DNA from: a candidate division FCPU426 bacterium
GTDB taxonomy: Bacteria > Oederibacteriota > JAAXVQ01 > JAUVAV01
DNA length: 64,000 nt
Reading direction: 5' to 3'
Assembly (NCBI GenBank): GCA_040756875.1
Contig: JBFLYH010000003.1
Location: forward strand, 320,001-384,000
Shown here: piece after piece, positions 44,564 to 55,427 of the stretch
How the letters are laid out: the number at the start of each line of letters is the position of its first letter
Position numbering within the stretch: the stretch's first letter is position 1
The notes under the pieces: model-generated
What the model was told of the DNA's origin: nothing
The model's input: only the letters and a program-made list of their open reading frames with translations
The model's database searches: none
Position numbers and translations under genes: made by a program

Positions 44564-45264
44564 GCTTGCTCCTTTTCATCGCTTTCCCCGGGCAGCGCCC
44601 GGTCCACGGCCCGGAAAATGTCCTCCGGCCCGAACCCGCGCCTGGCCAGAAACCCGGCCAACCGGCGCCGGCCGGTCTCGCGGGGCAAATTGCGGTAGGC
44701 CTTGGCTTTACGCTGGGCCAGCTCCAGGCAGGATTCGGCCTCGTCCCTGAGCATTCCAGGGACTTCGGCGCCGGGCATTCCAGGGGCTTCGGCGCCGTCC
44801 ACGGCTCCGCTCTCTTCCAGGGCCGCCTCCACGGTCTCGCGGGCCACCCCGCGCTTGAGCAGTTCGCCGCGCAGCCGCCGCCTGCCCACTTCGCCGCCGC
44901 GCAGGCGGTCCTGCACCAGGGAGACGGCCAGGGCGTGGTCGTTCAGCAGGCCGGCCTGCTCCAGGCGGTCCAAAACGCGCCCCGCGATTTCCGGCCGGAT
45001 GTCCAGCCGCCGCAGCCGGTCTTGAAGTTCCCGGCGCGTGCGTCCATGCGCCGAGAGCCAGGTCAGGCACTTCTCCCGGGCCCGGACTTCTTCCTCGCGG
45101 TCCAACAACCGCGCCAGATCATCCGGCTCGACCGGATCGCCCACTTTCAGATGCAGCTCAGCCGCCACTTCCCGCTCCACTCCGGCGAAAAATTCCCCGT
45201 CAATGAAGACCGCCAAGCGCTGGCGGCGTTTTTGTTGGGGCTTGAGCGCGGTAATCACGGGCAT
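44560..45264 (-). CDS. recX: Regulatory protein RecX
   Basis: N-terminal ITAL..Q...VFIDGEF domain, RTRRELQDRL, GLLND, FLARRGF. ATGA overlap with alaS. Confidence 0.88.
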   Translation of the reverse strand: MPVITALKPQQKRRQRLAVFIDGEFFAGVEREVAAELHLKVGDPVEPDDLARLLDREEEVRAREKCLTWLSAHGRTRRELQDRLRRLDIRPEIAGRVLDRLEQAGLLNDHALAVSLVQDRLRGGEVGRRRLRGELLKRGVARETVEAALEESGAVDGAEAPGMPGAEVPGMLRDEAESCLELAQRKAKAYRNLPRETGRRRLAGFLARRGFGPEDIFRAVDRALPGESDEKEQA

Positions 45265-45375
45265 GGCGGCGTCCCTGTATTGTAATGATTTCGGCTTTGA
45301 AAAGAAAGGCAAATTCAGCCCGGCTCCATCGCTTGCCGGGCCATGACTTTTTTACCCTTTTGGGTTGAAAAAGTC

Positions 45376-45412
45376 AACGGCCCGGGAGCGAGGAGTGCGC
45401 GCCCGGGCCGTT
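45376..45412 (-). terminator. Probable terminator after rnpB
   Basis: 11-bp stem AACGGCCCGGG/CCCGGGCCGTT followed by GACTTTTT on the minus strand. Confidence 0.6.
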
Positions 45413-45421
45413 CCACTTCAG

Positions 45422-45797
45422 GGGAGTAGTCCGTAAGCCGAGTTCTGTCCCCCTTGCGGGGTGACGGTCATTTCTCTGGGACCGGCCTTGCGGCCGGCCT
45501 CTAGCGACCAACCCGAGGGCGCCGCGGGTCACGGTTTCCGGCGAAACAGCCGCCGGAGCCCTCCTATTTGGTCTTGCTCCAAGTGGGGTTTGCCCTGCCG
45601 CGCCGGTCACCCGGCGCGCGGTGAGCTCTTACCTCGCCTTTTCACCCTTACCGCCCGCCTTGCGGCGGGAGGCGGTATGTTTTCTGTGGCACTTTCCTTC
45701 GCGTCGCCGCGACTGGGTGTTACCCAGCACTCTACCCTGGGAGCTCGGACTTTCCTCTCCGGGCGCGAAGCCCGGAGCGACCGTCTGGACTACTCCC
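45422..45797 (-). ncRNA. rnpB: RNase P RNA (bacterial class A)
   Basis: Minus strand GAGGAAAGTCCGAGCT, GGAAAGTGCCACAGAAA, GGTAAGAG, GAGCAAGACCAAATAGG, ACAGAACTCGGCTTAC. P1 formed by GGGAGTAGTCC/GGACTACTCCC. Confidence 0.97.
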
Positions 45798-45859
45798 GTG
45801 CGATCGATTCGCTTCGGGAAGCGATCGCAATCACCTGCTCCCCTCTCGCCTGCTCTGTT

Positions 45860-46453
45860 CTACTGGTTAAAATCGACTTTCGGCGGTTGTTTCGCGCCTT
45901 CCTCCGCCTCGAACAAGGGCGCCTTCTCGAACTTGAACATGCCGGCGATGATGTTCTTCGGAAACACGCGTATGCTCTGGTTGAATTGCTTCACCAGTTC
46001 GTTGTAGCGCATGCGTTCGACCGCGATGCGGTTTTCCGTGCCCGCCAGCTCGTCCTGCAGCTGCCGGAAATTCTGGTCGGACTTCAACTGCGGATAATTT
46101 TCCACGATCGCGAGCAGTCGGCCCAGGAACCCGGTCATCTCGTTGGCCGCGTTGATTTTCTCGCCCACGTTCTGCGCGCCCGACAGCTTGGCGCGCGCAT
46201 TGGCCACGTTTTCGAAAATGCCCTTCTCCTGCTTGGCGTAGCCTTTGACCGTGGCCACCAGGTTGGGGATCAGATCGTTCCGCCGCTGCAGCTGGTTCTC
46301 CACCTGCGACCAGGCGGTTTTAACCGACTCATCCAGGCGTACCAGGCTATTGTAGCCGCCGATCACGTAGAACACCACGCCAATGACCACGAGCACTACG
46401 ACCACCAAAATGACACCTACCATTGACAACACTGCCAACCCTGTCTTTTCCAT
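45860..46453 (-). CDS. lemA: LemA family protein
   Basis: YNSLV, WSQVENQLQRRNDLIPNLV, ENYPQLKS, LAGTENRI. Confidence 0.95.
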   Translation of the reverse strand: MEKTGLAVLSMVGVILVVVVLVVIGVVFYVIGGYNSLVRLDESVKTAWSQVENQLQRRNDLIPNLVATVKGYAKQEKGIFENVANARAKLSGAQNVGEKINAANEMTGFLGRLLAIVENYPQLKSDQNFRQLQDELAGTENRIAVERMRYNELVKQFNQSIRVFPKNIIAGMFKFEKAPLFEAEEGAKQPPKVDFNQ

Positions 46454-46539
46454 GCCTTTAATATCCTCCTTCTTTATGCGTTATCTTCACCGTTCTCTTT
46501 TCCTGGGTTGTTCGAGGCTGGGCCTCGAACAACCTATAA

Positions 46540-47322
46540 TCACCATCTCCCTCCCACACCGCCGCCGCCTGAAAAGCCGCCGCCAAATCCTCCGAACCCT
46601 CCTCCGAAACCGCCGCCGCCTGATCCATAAAACCCCCCGCCAATGCCGGTTGGTCCCCCCCACCCGGTGCCGGTTAGACCCCGCTTGCGCCGGTAATACG
46701 ACGCCCAGGCCACATAAATGAACAGAACCAGCAGCGTGACCAGCAGTACAATCGCCTGGTCCCGGTTGTCATTGCGCGGACGGCGGGCAGCCGTGCCCGT
46801 CAGTTGGACTCCGGCGTCCTTGGCAATGTCCTGGGCAATGACACGGCCGATGTTGGCCAGCCCGGCGCCGATTTGCCCTTGCCGCAGATAAGGGACAAGG
46901 TATTCGTCCCGGTAACGGCCCAGCTTCCCGTCCGGTAAAATCCCCTCCAGGCCGTAGCCCGTGACCAGGCGCAGGCGGCGGCCTTTGAGATCCAGTAAAA
47001 TCAGCAGCCCATTGTCCTTGCCTTGTTTGCCGATCTTCCAGCGGTCGAAGACGGCCATGGCGTAGGTGAAGTCATCCCAGGGTTCGATGCTGGGCATGAT
47101 GACGAAAACCAGCTGGGCCGTGGTGGCCTGCTCCAGGGATTCCGAAATCCCGGTCAGGGTCGCGGTCTCGGCCGGGGACAGCACGCCGGCATAATCGTTC
47201 ACGAAGCCGCGCGGCTGGGGGATCTCGGGAACCGCGTTGGTTACGGCGGCCCGGGCCGCAGCCGTCCAAGCCAGCAGCCCGGCCAGCAGCAGGATTCTAC
47301 AAGCGGTCGACCTGGGCTGCAA
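46540..47322 (-). CDS. TPM domain (YgcG-like) membrane protein with Gly-rich tail
   Basis: VNDYAGVLS, WKIGKQGKDNGLL, GYGLEGILPD, one TM, GGGFSGGGG tail. Confidence 0.92.
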   Translation of the reverse strand: MQPRSTACRILLLAGLLAWTAAARAAVTNAVPEIPQPRGFVNDYAGVLSPAETATLTGISESLEQATTAQLVFVIMPSIEPWDDFTYAMAVFDRWKIGKQGKDNGLLILLDLKGRRLRLVTGYGLEGILPDGKLGRYRDEYLVPYLRQGQIGAGLANIGRVIAQDIAKDAGVQLTGTAARRPRNDNRDQAIVLLVTLLVLFIYVAWASYYRRKRGLTGTGWGGPTGIGGGFYGSGGGGFGGGFGGFGGGFSGGGGVGGRW

Positions 47323-48010
47323 TTCGGGTCACCTCGTGGAGGTATTGCTGGCAAAGCGTTTCCAGTTCCCCGCGGTTCCGCTTGGCCTGCCCGGCCTTGA
47401 GGTCCCGCAGGTGCTGCAGCACAGGCCCGTCAACCCGGTAGTGCTTGGCCAGAGCCGCGTCGATTTCCTCTTTTTTCACCGGCGGCGCGACACGCTTCAA
47501 CCGCAAGGCCGCGCGAAAGGCCGGGTAATTGGCATTGTGGGCCGCAAGCAGCAACTGCCGCAGCGGCGCGGCGTCCTTGCCGATTTCCAGGTAGCTCTGC
47601 CGCAGGCGCAGGAGGCGGCCTTTGAGTTCGTGTTCACATTCGTGCCGCAGGTTTTTCAAATCAATGCGCAGTTTCGTGAAGGGGTCCTGCCCCCACAGTA
47701 AGCGGTGTTTTTCCTTGATCTCGAGGTATTCAATGGGAAAAACGTCCGCCGAGGTGCGGATATGCTCCGAGGTCAGCATCAGCGGCGTCGACAATTTGAC
47801 TTTCCGGTGCTTCTGGACAAAGCTGCGCAAGCGCTCCAAATCCGCGAGTTCCACCGCTTTGAGGATCAAGACCAGATTGATATCCGACACGCCGGGCAGG
47901 TAATCCGCGGTGGCCGCCGAACCGTAGACCGCCAACCCCAGCAGGTTGCCGCCGAAAAGGCCCCGGATCTCCGCCTGCGCCTCTGCCAGCCAGCTTTCCA
48001 AATGGTTCAT
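47297..48010 (-). CDS. Pol-beta-type nucleotidyltransferase-fold protein
   Basis: LAVYGSAATADY...SDINL, SADVFPIEY, helical C-domain. Confidence 0.75.
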   Translation of the reverse strand: MNHLESWLAEAQAEIRGLFGGNLLGLAVYGSAATADYLPGVSDINLVLILKAVELADLERLRSFVQKHRKVKLSTPLMLTSEHIRTSADVFPIEYLEIKEKHRLLWGQDPFTKLRIDLKNLRHECEHELKGRLLRLRQSYLEIGKDAAPLRQLLLAAHNANYPAFRAALRLKRVAPPVKKEEIDAALAKHYRVDGPVLQHLRDLKAGQAKRNRGELETLCQQYLHEVTRIAAQVDRL

Positions 48011-48396
48011 GGTGTCCCGGCCCCCTTGCTCTTCAACTGGCGCTCCACATGCCGCAAGAGCCGCTCGGCTGTGCAGGGTTTGACCAGATAATCATCCGCC
48101 CCGCCCTCGGCGGCCAGCCGCAGGGCTTCCTGGTGGGAGAGCGCGCTCAGGAAAATTATCGGGATATGCTTGGTGTTCGGGTTCTCTTTAATGATCTGGC
48201 AAACCTCATACCCATTAACACGCGGCAGCATAATGTCCAAAATGATCAAATCCGGCCGCTCGCGGGACACGGCCTGCAGAGCCTCCCACCCGCGTTGAAA
48301 GGTCTGGACTTCATACCCCCGGCTTTCGAGCACGTCTTTGAACAATTCGACGATGCCGGGGTCGTCGTCAACCAGGATGATCCGTTTTCCGGCCAT
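48007..48396 (-). CDS. Stand-alone response regulator receiver protein
   Basis: ILVDDD, IILDIMLP, FLSA, YLVKP. Confidence 0.9.
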   Translation of the reverse strand: MAGKRIILVDDDPGIVELFKDVLESRGYEVQTFQRGWEALQAVSRERPDLIILDIMLPRVNGYEVCQIIKENPNTKHIPIIFLSALSHQEALRLAAEGGADDYLVKPCTAERLLRHVERQLKSKGAGTP

Positions 48397-48398
48397 GC

Positions 48399-49373
48399 CT
48401 ATTCCCCTTTCAAGCCCAGGACGCTGCCCGGGCCGACGCGGTACCCGCAGGTAAACGCCTGCGCGGTCATCTGCCTGCTGTTCTCGCACTGGACCTGCAA
48501 TACATGCAAGGTCGTGCCCTGGCCTGCGGCCACCAGCCAGCCGCCTTTGTGCTCCACCTTCAATATGCTCCCGGCGGGCGTGGAAGGTGAAACCTTCTGG
48601 CCGCCCGGTTTGGTCAGCAGGATTTTAAGCGTTTCGCCCGCGGCTTCGGTATAAGCTCCGGGCCAGGGCTGCACGCCCCGGACCCGGTTATGCAGTTCCA
48701 GGGCCGTCTGCGTCCAGTCCAGGTGCCCGTCTTCCCGGCTCAGCCGCGGCGCGAAAGTCGCCTGGCTCTCGTCCTGGGGCGTGCCGGCCCGCCGGCCTTC
48801 GCGGGCCAGCAGGTCCAGGGCTTGCGCCATGAGCGGTCCGCCCAGGGCGGAGAGCCGCGCGAACAAATCCGCCGCAGTCTGGTCCGGATGGATGGCGGTC
48901 TTGTCCTGGACGAGAATATCGCCGCTGTCCACGCGTTCGGCCATGCGCTGGACGGTCACGCCGGTTTCCGTTTCGCCGCGAATGATCGCCCATTGGATCG
49001 GCGCCGCCCCGCGGTACTTGGGCAGCAGCGAAGCGTGCAAATTCACGGCGCCCAGCGGGGCGAGCGTCAAAAGCGGCGCCTTGAGAATTTGGCCGTAGGC
49101 CGCCACCACGAGCACATCCGCCCTGAGTTCCCGCAGCTGCTCCACCACCGCGGGTTCATTCACCTGCGACGGCTGCAAGATCTTCGCACCCAGCTCCTGC
49201 GCTGCGCGCTTGACGGGGCTGAAAGACGTCTGGTAACCCCGGCCCTGCGGCTTGTCAGGCCCGGTGACGACCGCGGCCACGGGAAACCCCGCTTGCGCCA
49301 GATGCCGCAGCGTGGGTACCCCGAAATCGGGAGTGCCCATGAAGATCAAGCGCGGATGGCTGCCGGCGGCCAT
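48399..49373 (-). CDS. fmt: Methionyl-tRNA formyltransferase
   Basis: IFMGTPDF, PDKPQGRG, VAAYG, NLHASLLPKYRGAAP. Confidence 0.97.
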   Translation of the reverse strand: MAAGSHPRLIFMGTPDFGVPTLRHLAQAGFPVAAVVTGPDKPQGRGYQTSFSPVKRAAQELGAKILQPSQVNEPAVVEQLRELRADVLVVAAYGQILKAPLLTLAPLGAVNLHASLLPKYRGAAPIQWAIIRGETETGVTVQRMAERVDSGDILVQDKTAIHPDQTAADLFARLSALGGPLMAQALDLLAREGRRAGTPQDESQATFAPRLSREDGHLDWTQTALELHNRVRGVQPWPGAYTEAAGETLKILLTKPGGQKVSPSTPAGSILKVEHKGGWLVAAGQGTTLHVLQVQCENSRQMTAQAFTCGYRVGPGSVLGLKGE

Positions 49374-49422
49374 GTGGATTATACCCCTTCACCGGATACC
49401 CTGCAGCAACCCGCAGGGTCAT

Positions 49423-49968
49423 TCACAGTTTCGCCGCTTTCCGGCCGGCCAGGGCGTTCCTGGTCGCGCGTGCGATCTCCCGCAGCTGCTTGTTCAGCCG
49501 CACCCGGTGGACCAGATTCATCCGTTCGATGAAAACGATGCCGTCCAAATGGTCCAGTTCATGCTGAAAAGCCCGGCCGACCATGCCTGCGCCGCGGATC
49601 AAGACCTGCTTTCCCTCCAGGTCCACGCCCTCTATCTCCACCTCCAGCGCCCGTTCGACGGGCCCCCAGAGCTGGGGGAATGACAAACAGCCTTCGTCCA
49701 GCGTTTCCTTTTCTTTGCTGCGGAAAGTGATCTTTGGGTTGATGATGATGTGGGTGACCGGCGGCCCGACTTTGGCCGGCACTTCCACCACAAACAGGCG
49801 CTCGGCGACGCCGACTTGGTTCGCCGCCAGCCCCAACCCGTTTTCAGCCCGCATGGTTTCCAGCATATCGCGGGCCAGCTGGCGGATGCGGTCATCCACC
49901 TGCTTGATCTCCTTGGCACGCGTTTTTAACACCGGATGGCCCCAGGTGCAAATGGGCAAAATGGCCAT
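49423..49968 (-). CDS. def: Peptide deformylase
   Basis: GLGLAANQ, EGCLS, QHELDHL. Promoter TTGCAA-18-TATAAT at 49994-50023. Confidence 0.97.
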   Translation of the reverse strand: MAILPICTWGHPVLKTRAKEIKQVDDRIRQLARDMLETMRAENGLGLAANQVGVAERLFVVEVPAKVGPPVTHIIINPKITFRSKEKETLDEGCLSFPQLWGPVERALEVEIEGVDLEGKQVLIRGAGMVGRAFQHELDHLDGIVFIERMNLVHRVRLNKQLREIARATRNALAGRKAAKL

Positions 49969-50044
49969 TTCACGTTCCTCCTGCGAGGGAGGTATTATAT
50001 AACACTTCCGTAAAAGGTTGCAAGGCTGGCATCCCCGGGTTTGC

Positions 50045-52225
<2,181 letters not shown>

Positions 52226-52295
52226 CGGCGACTCCCAGGGGAATGGTTCAAAGCTTCCGCATTATGCGCCACCCGGCGGGGGATGACAAGCCCAG

Positions 52296-52336
52296 AAAAT
52301 AAAACCGGCCCGGGCTAGAAAACGCCCGGGCCGGTT
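52296..52336 (-). terminator. Intrinsic terminator after the VWA lipoprotein gene
   Basis: 13-bp stem AACCGGCCCGGGC/GCCCGGGCCGGTT followed by TTATTTT on the minus strand. Confidence 0.85.
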
Positions 52337-52356
52337 CACTAAAGCGAGAGCGGCGT

Positions 52357-53325
52357 CTAAGGCAGAACGATGTTGACCGTACTGGTGTAGGTTCCGGTGG
52401 AGCAACTGTAGGTGATGGTAATGGTGATCGTGTCCCCGGACCGGTAAACGAATGACGGCCAAGAGATGATCATGGTGTTGGTGAAAATTTGCGCGATCCG
52501 CTGGTAAATGCCGGCCAAATCCGAGGAAGCGCCGGCCCGTTCGTACAACCCGTTGGTCTGCGAGGCGATGCTTTCCAGGATGCTGTCACTGGCTGATCCG
52601 AAGCCGATGGTGTAGATGGGAATCCCGTTGCTGCGCGCGTACTGGATCAAGTCGCTCATGCTGTGCGTACTGGAGTTGTCGCCTCCGTCGGTAAAGGCCA
52701 CCACGGCGCGCTGTCCGGACTCGGGGATCGTATTCGTCACTCCCAGGTATGTGGCGTCAAAAAAAGCGGTCAGCCCATTCAACGACACGGGATTGGTGAT
52801 GGCGGTGCGCAGGGCGTTCTTGTCGGTGGTGTAGGTTTGGATCTGGTTGATGGTGTCGTCGAACTTAATGACTTCACCGCGATCCGCAGGCTGCATGTTG
52901 TTCACGAACGAAACCGCCGCAGTCTCCAGATCACCCGTATATCCGGACATGGATCCGGAATAATCCAGCACCAGTGAGGAAGAAATGCTCTGGCCGGATC
53001 CGCTGGCCGTGCTCACGGTGATGGAGCCGGATGAAATCCGGGTGCCGTTGTAAACCACCTGGAAATTGGCGCTGGAAAAATAGGAGGCCGCCAAGGCATT
53101 GCCGTCCTGGTCCCGGACCGAAACAAATACGCCCTGGCTGTTGGCCTGAGAGTAGTTGGCATCGATGTTCGTGGTCGTGTGATCGCTGGAATTGACCGGA
53201 ACCGCGCCGCCACCGCCTCCGGCGGCACTGGTAATGGGATCCACGGGATTGCTAAAGCAGCCGGCCAAAGAAAGAAGCAAGCCGGCAAGCACAATAAAAT
53301 TGCGCGTCAATCTGTTTCGATCCAT
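52357..53325 (-). CDS. VWA-domain lipoprotein
   Basis: Lipobox LAG-C, MIDAS DYSGS...T...TDG, IYTIGFG, GAGGTG SD. Confidence 0.88.
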   Translation of the reverse strand: MDRNRLTRNFIVLAGLLLSLAGCFSNPVDPITSAAGGGGGAVPVNSSDHTTTNIDANYSQANSQGVFVSVRDQDGNALAASYFSSANFQVVYNGTRISSGSITVSTASGSGQSISSSLVLDYSGSMSGYTGDLETAAVSFVNNMQPADRGEVIKFDDTINQIQTYTTDKNALRTAITNPVSLNGLTAFFDATYLGVTNTIPESGQRAVVAFTDGGDNSSTHSMSDLIQYARSNGIPIYTIGFGSASDSILESIASQTNGLYERAGASSDLAGIYQRIAQIFTNTMIISWPSFVYRSGDTITITITYSCSTGTYTSTVNIVLP

Positions 53326-53373
53326 GATGTTCACCTCGTTGAACTAGCTTCCGCCTGATACACTGATTAACGT

Positions 53374-53823
53374 CTAATTCAGTGTTATATTAATACCTGT
53401 CACTGCATTTCCACCGCTGATCGTCACGGTCCCCAGATAGGCACCGCTCAGCGTGTTCTCGTCCGCGCCGACGTAATAAATGCCGTCAGGAAGCCCGGAA
53501 ACCGTATACGTCCCATTCCCGGTCCGCGTGGTTTGATAGAAGCTCGTTCCGCTCAAGACCGCGGTGACGGTCACCGTGCCGCCAGAACTTCCCGAGATCG
53601 TTCCGCTAATGGACCCTGAGCCGGTGCCGCCGCCTCCGCCGCCGGTAATCGGCGTGGGGGTGGGAGAGAGCGTGCCACCGCCAACACCGCAACTGCCCCC
53701 GCAGGTGCTGGTCCCCAGCACATTCGGCGAGGTGGGAGAGGTGAAACACCCGGCAGCCAGCATGAGGCCGGCTGCCAGGGCTGCATTCGCAAGCAAGAGC
53801 AAAAGTGCTTTGGGAGTTCTCAT
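53374..53823 (-). CDS. Small lipoprotein with carboxypeptidase-regulatory-like (prealbumin-type) domain
   Basis: Lipobox AAG-C, Gly-rich tether, GSISGTI...GTYTVSGLPDGIYYV...INITL. Confidence 0.8.
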   Translation of the reverse strand: MRTPKALLLLLANAALAAGLMLAAGCFTSPTSPNVLGTSTCGGSCGVGGGTLSPTPTPITGGGGGGTGSGSISGTISGSSGGTVTVTAVLSGTSFYQTTRTGNGTYTVSGLPDGIYYVGADENTLSGAYLGTVTISGGNAVTGINITLN

Positions 53824-53833
53824 GATCAGACTC

Positions 53834-55204
53834 CTAGAAATTTATTGAGCTTCCGATTAGGAGTTTCGTGGCGTTGTTCGGTGCCGTGGCCGGGGAAGGC
53901 GGCCAGCCGATGCCCTCCCGGTTGGGCATGAACATAGCCACTTGCCCGTAGAATGACACGATCTTCGAGGCCTGGTAAACCAGCCACGCGTTCAACTCCG
54001 TGCCCAGGCTCTTGCCGTCCTTGTCGGTATTGGAATAAATCCACAGGCCCACACCCGGCTTGATGCTGTTGAAGGCGAATTCGCCCGTGAAGCCCAGCGA
54101 CAAAACGCCGACGTAATTCTGTATCTTCAAACTTGCGGAGTGCCCATCCAGGTACGTATAGGCACCGGCGCCGTCCTGGATCTTGGAAAACAGCCCGGGG
54201 CCCGAGCCGGGGAGCGAATTCAAGCTGGCAAAACCGCACTTGGTGTTGAGCAGCGGTTCCGGATCTCCGCCCGTATAGACGATGTGCGCGCCCAGTTCAA
54301 AGCCAAAATCCGGGGTGGATTGCATGCCGTACATGCCGTCCAGTTTCAGGCCCAGGGCGGTGGCGTCGATGGAATCGTCAGCCGCAGTCTTGGCCATGCC
54401 GAACTGAATGCCCAACTGGCCGTTCAGGCCGAAGTGCCCGGCATCGCCGGCAGGCATGTCCAGCATATAGCGTCCGCCGAGCAGGATCAGCGTGTTGACC
54501 GCGTCCTTGGCGGTGGGCGGAGTGCCTGACGTGATGGTGATGGGCTCGTTGCCGATCAGCAAGTAACCGCGCAGGCCCATGGTGTCGCCGAGGTTGAAAT
54601 ACGGCGTGAAGCCGATCATGCTTTCGATCTTCCCGCCTGTGCCCCACGGCGCATACAGATCGGTGCGCGCAATGAAAAACATCAGGTCAATCTTGTCCAG
54701 GTCAAAACCCAAAGTCACGGCGTCATGCTGGAACCCCAGCAACAGATCCTGGGTGTCGCCGAACAATTGACGGCCCAGCTTGACGTAAAAATTGTCCTGT
54801 TGGAACTTGGCATACAGTTCATTCACTTTAATGAAGGGATAGGTTATGTTCGCATAACCCGGCTTTTCCACGTCCGCGAACAAGCCGAAATTTTCCTTGT
54901 CAAACACGTTGGCCAACGCCATGCGGTAGACCGGGTAGAAATACCAGTCCGAAGTCTCGCCATAGGCGCTGTTGACCATGTCGAAAATTTTAATGTCGAT
55001 GTTGCCGCTGAAATCGAAGCCCGGCTTCATCTCGTTGATGAGATCCTGGGGTGTGGGCTCCTTCGACTGTTGGACAACAGGTTTGGCGGCGGGTTTGGCT
55101 GCTTGGGTTTGGGCCTTGGCCTTGGGAGCCTGGGCAGCAAGGACGAGCTGGCTTCCGGCCGTGACAAACAAGAGCGTCGTTAGAATGGTGAAGACTTTTT
55201 TCAT
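53834..55204 (-). CDS. Putative outer-membrane beta-barrel protein (alginate-export/porin-like)
   Basis: Signal peptide, ELYAKF...VKLGRQ, LGTELN, alternating amphipathic strands, C-terminal Phe. Confidence 0.72.
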   Translation of the reverse strand: MKKVFTILTTLLFVTAGSQLVLAAQAPKAKAQTQAAKPAAKPVVQQSKEPTPQDLINEMKPGFDFSGNIDIKIFDMVNSAYGETSDWYFYPVYRMALANVFDKENFGLFADVEKPGYANITYPFIKVNELYAKFQQDNFYVKLGRQLFGDTQDLLLGFQHDAVTLGFDLDKIDLMFFIARTDLYAPWGTGGKIESMIGFTPYFNLGDTMGLRGYLLIGNEPITITSGTPPTAKDAVNTLILLGGRYMLDMPAGDAGHFGLNGQLGIQFGMAKTAADDSIDATALGLKLDGMYGMQSTPDFGFELGAHIVYTGGDPEPLLNTKCGFASLNSLPGSGPGLFSKIQDGAGAYTYLDGHSASLKIQNYVGVLSLGFTGEFAFNSIKPGVGLWIYSNTDKDGKSLGTELNAWLVYQASKIVSFYGQVAMFMPNREGIGWPPSPATAPNNATKLLIGSSINF

Positions 55205-55342
55205 TTCGTTTTTCAACCCCCTCTTGGTAGTGATTGCAATCCCGAATGGGATTCGAATCCGTAGTAACAGTATTTCTGCAGGCTTCCCACCCCTCTCATC
55301 TGATATAAGGAAAGGTGTTGGAAGGTGGTTAAGGTAGGAATC

Positions 55343-55371
55343 ATTCTCCCAAAAGACTTGCCGCTCGTCAA
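55343..55371 (-). promoter_or_regulatory. Putative promoter of the barrel-lipoprotein operon
   Basis: TTGACG, 17 bp, GAGAAT with TG extension. Palindrome GTATTA-AG-TAATAC just upstream (55387-55400). Confidence 0.5.
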
Positions 55372-55427
55372 GCTCTCAAAACGATTGTATTAAGTAATAC
55401 TTTACATTAATAAATATCTCATCCACG

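Noticed and set aside
42563-44698. Long plus-strand ORFs antisense to real genes (also 11037-12524, 24301-26100, 39979-41781, 50648-52183, 59735-61279)
   Set aside because: Shadow ORFs caused by high-GC codon bias, with no recognisable motifs.
45461-46426. ORFs overlapping 45.4-45.8 kb
   Set aside because: The region is RNase P RNA plus the antisense strand of lemA.
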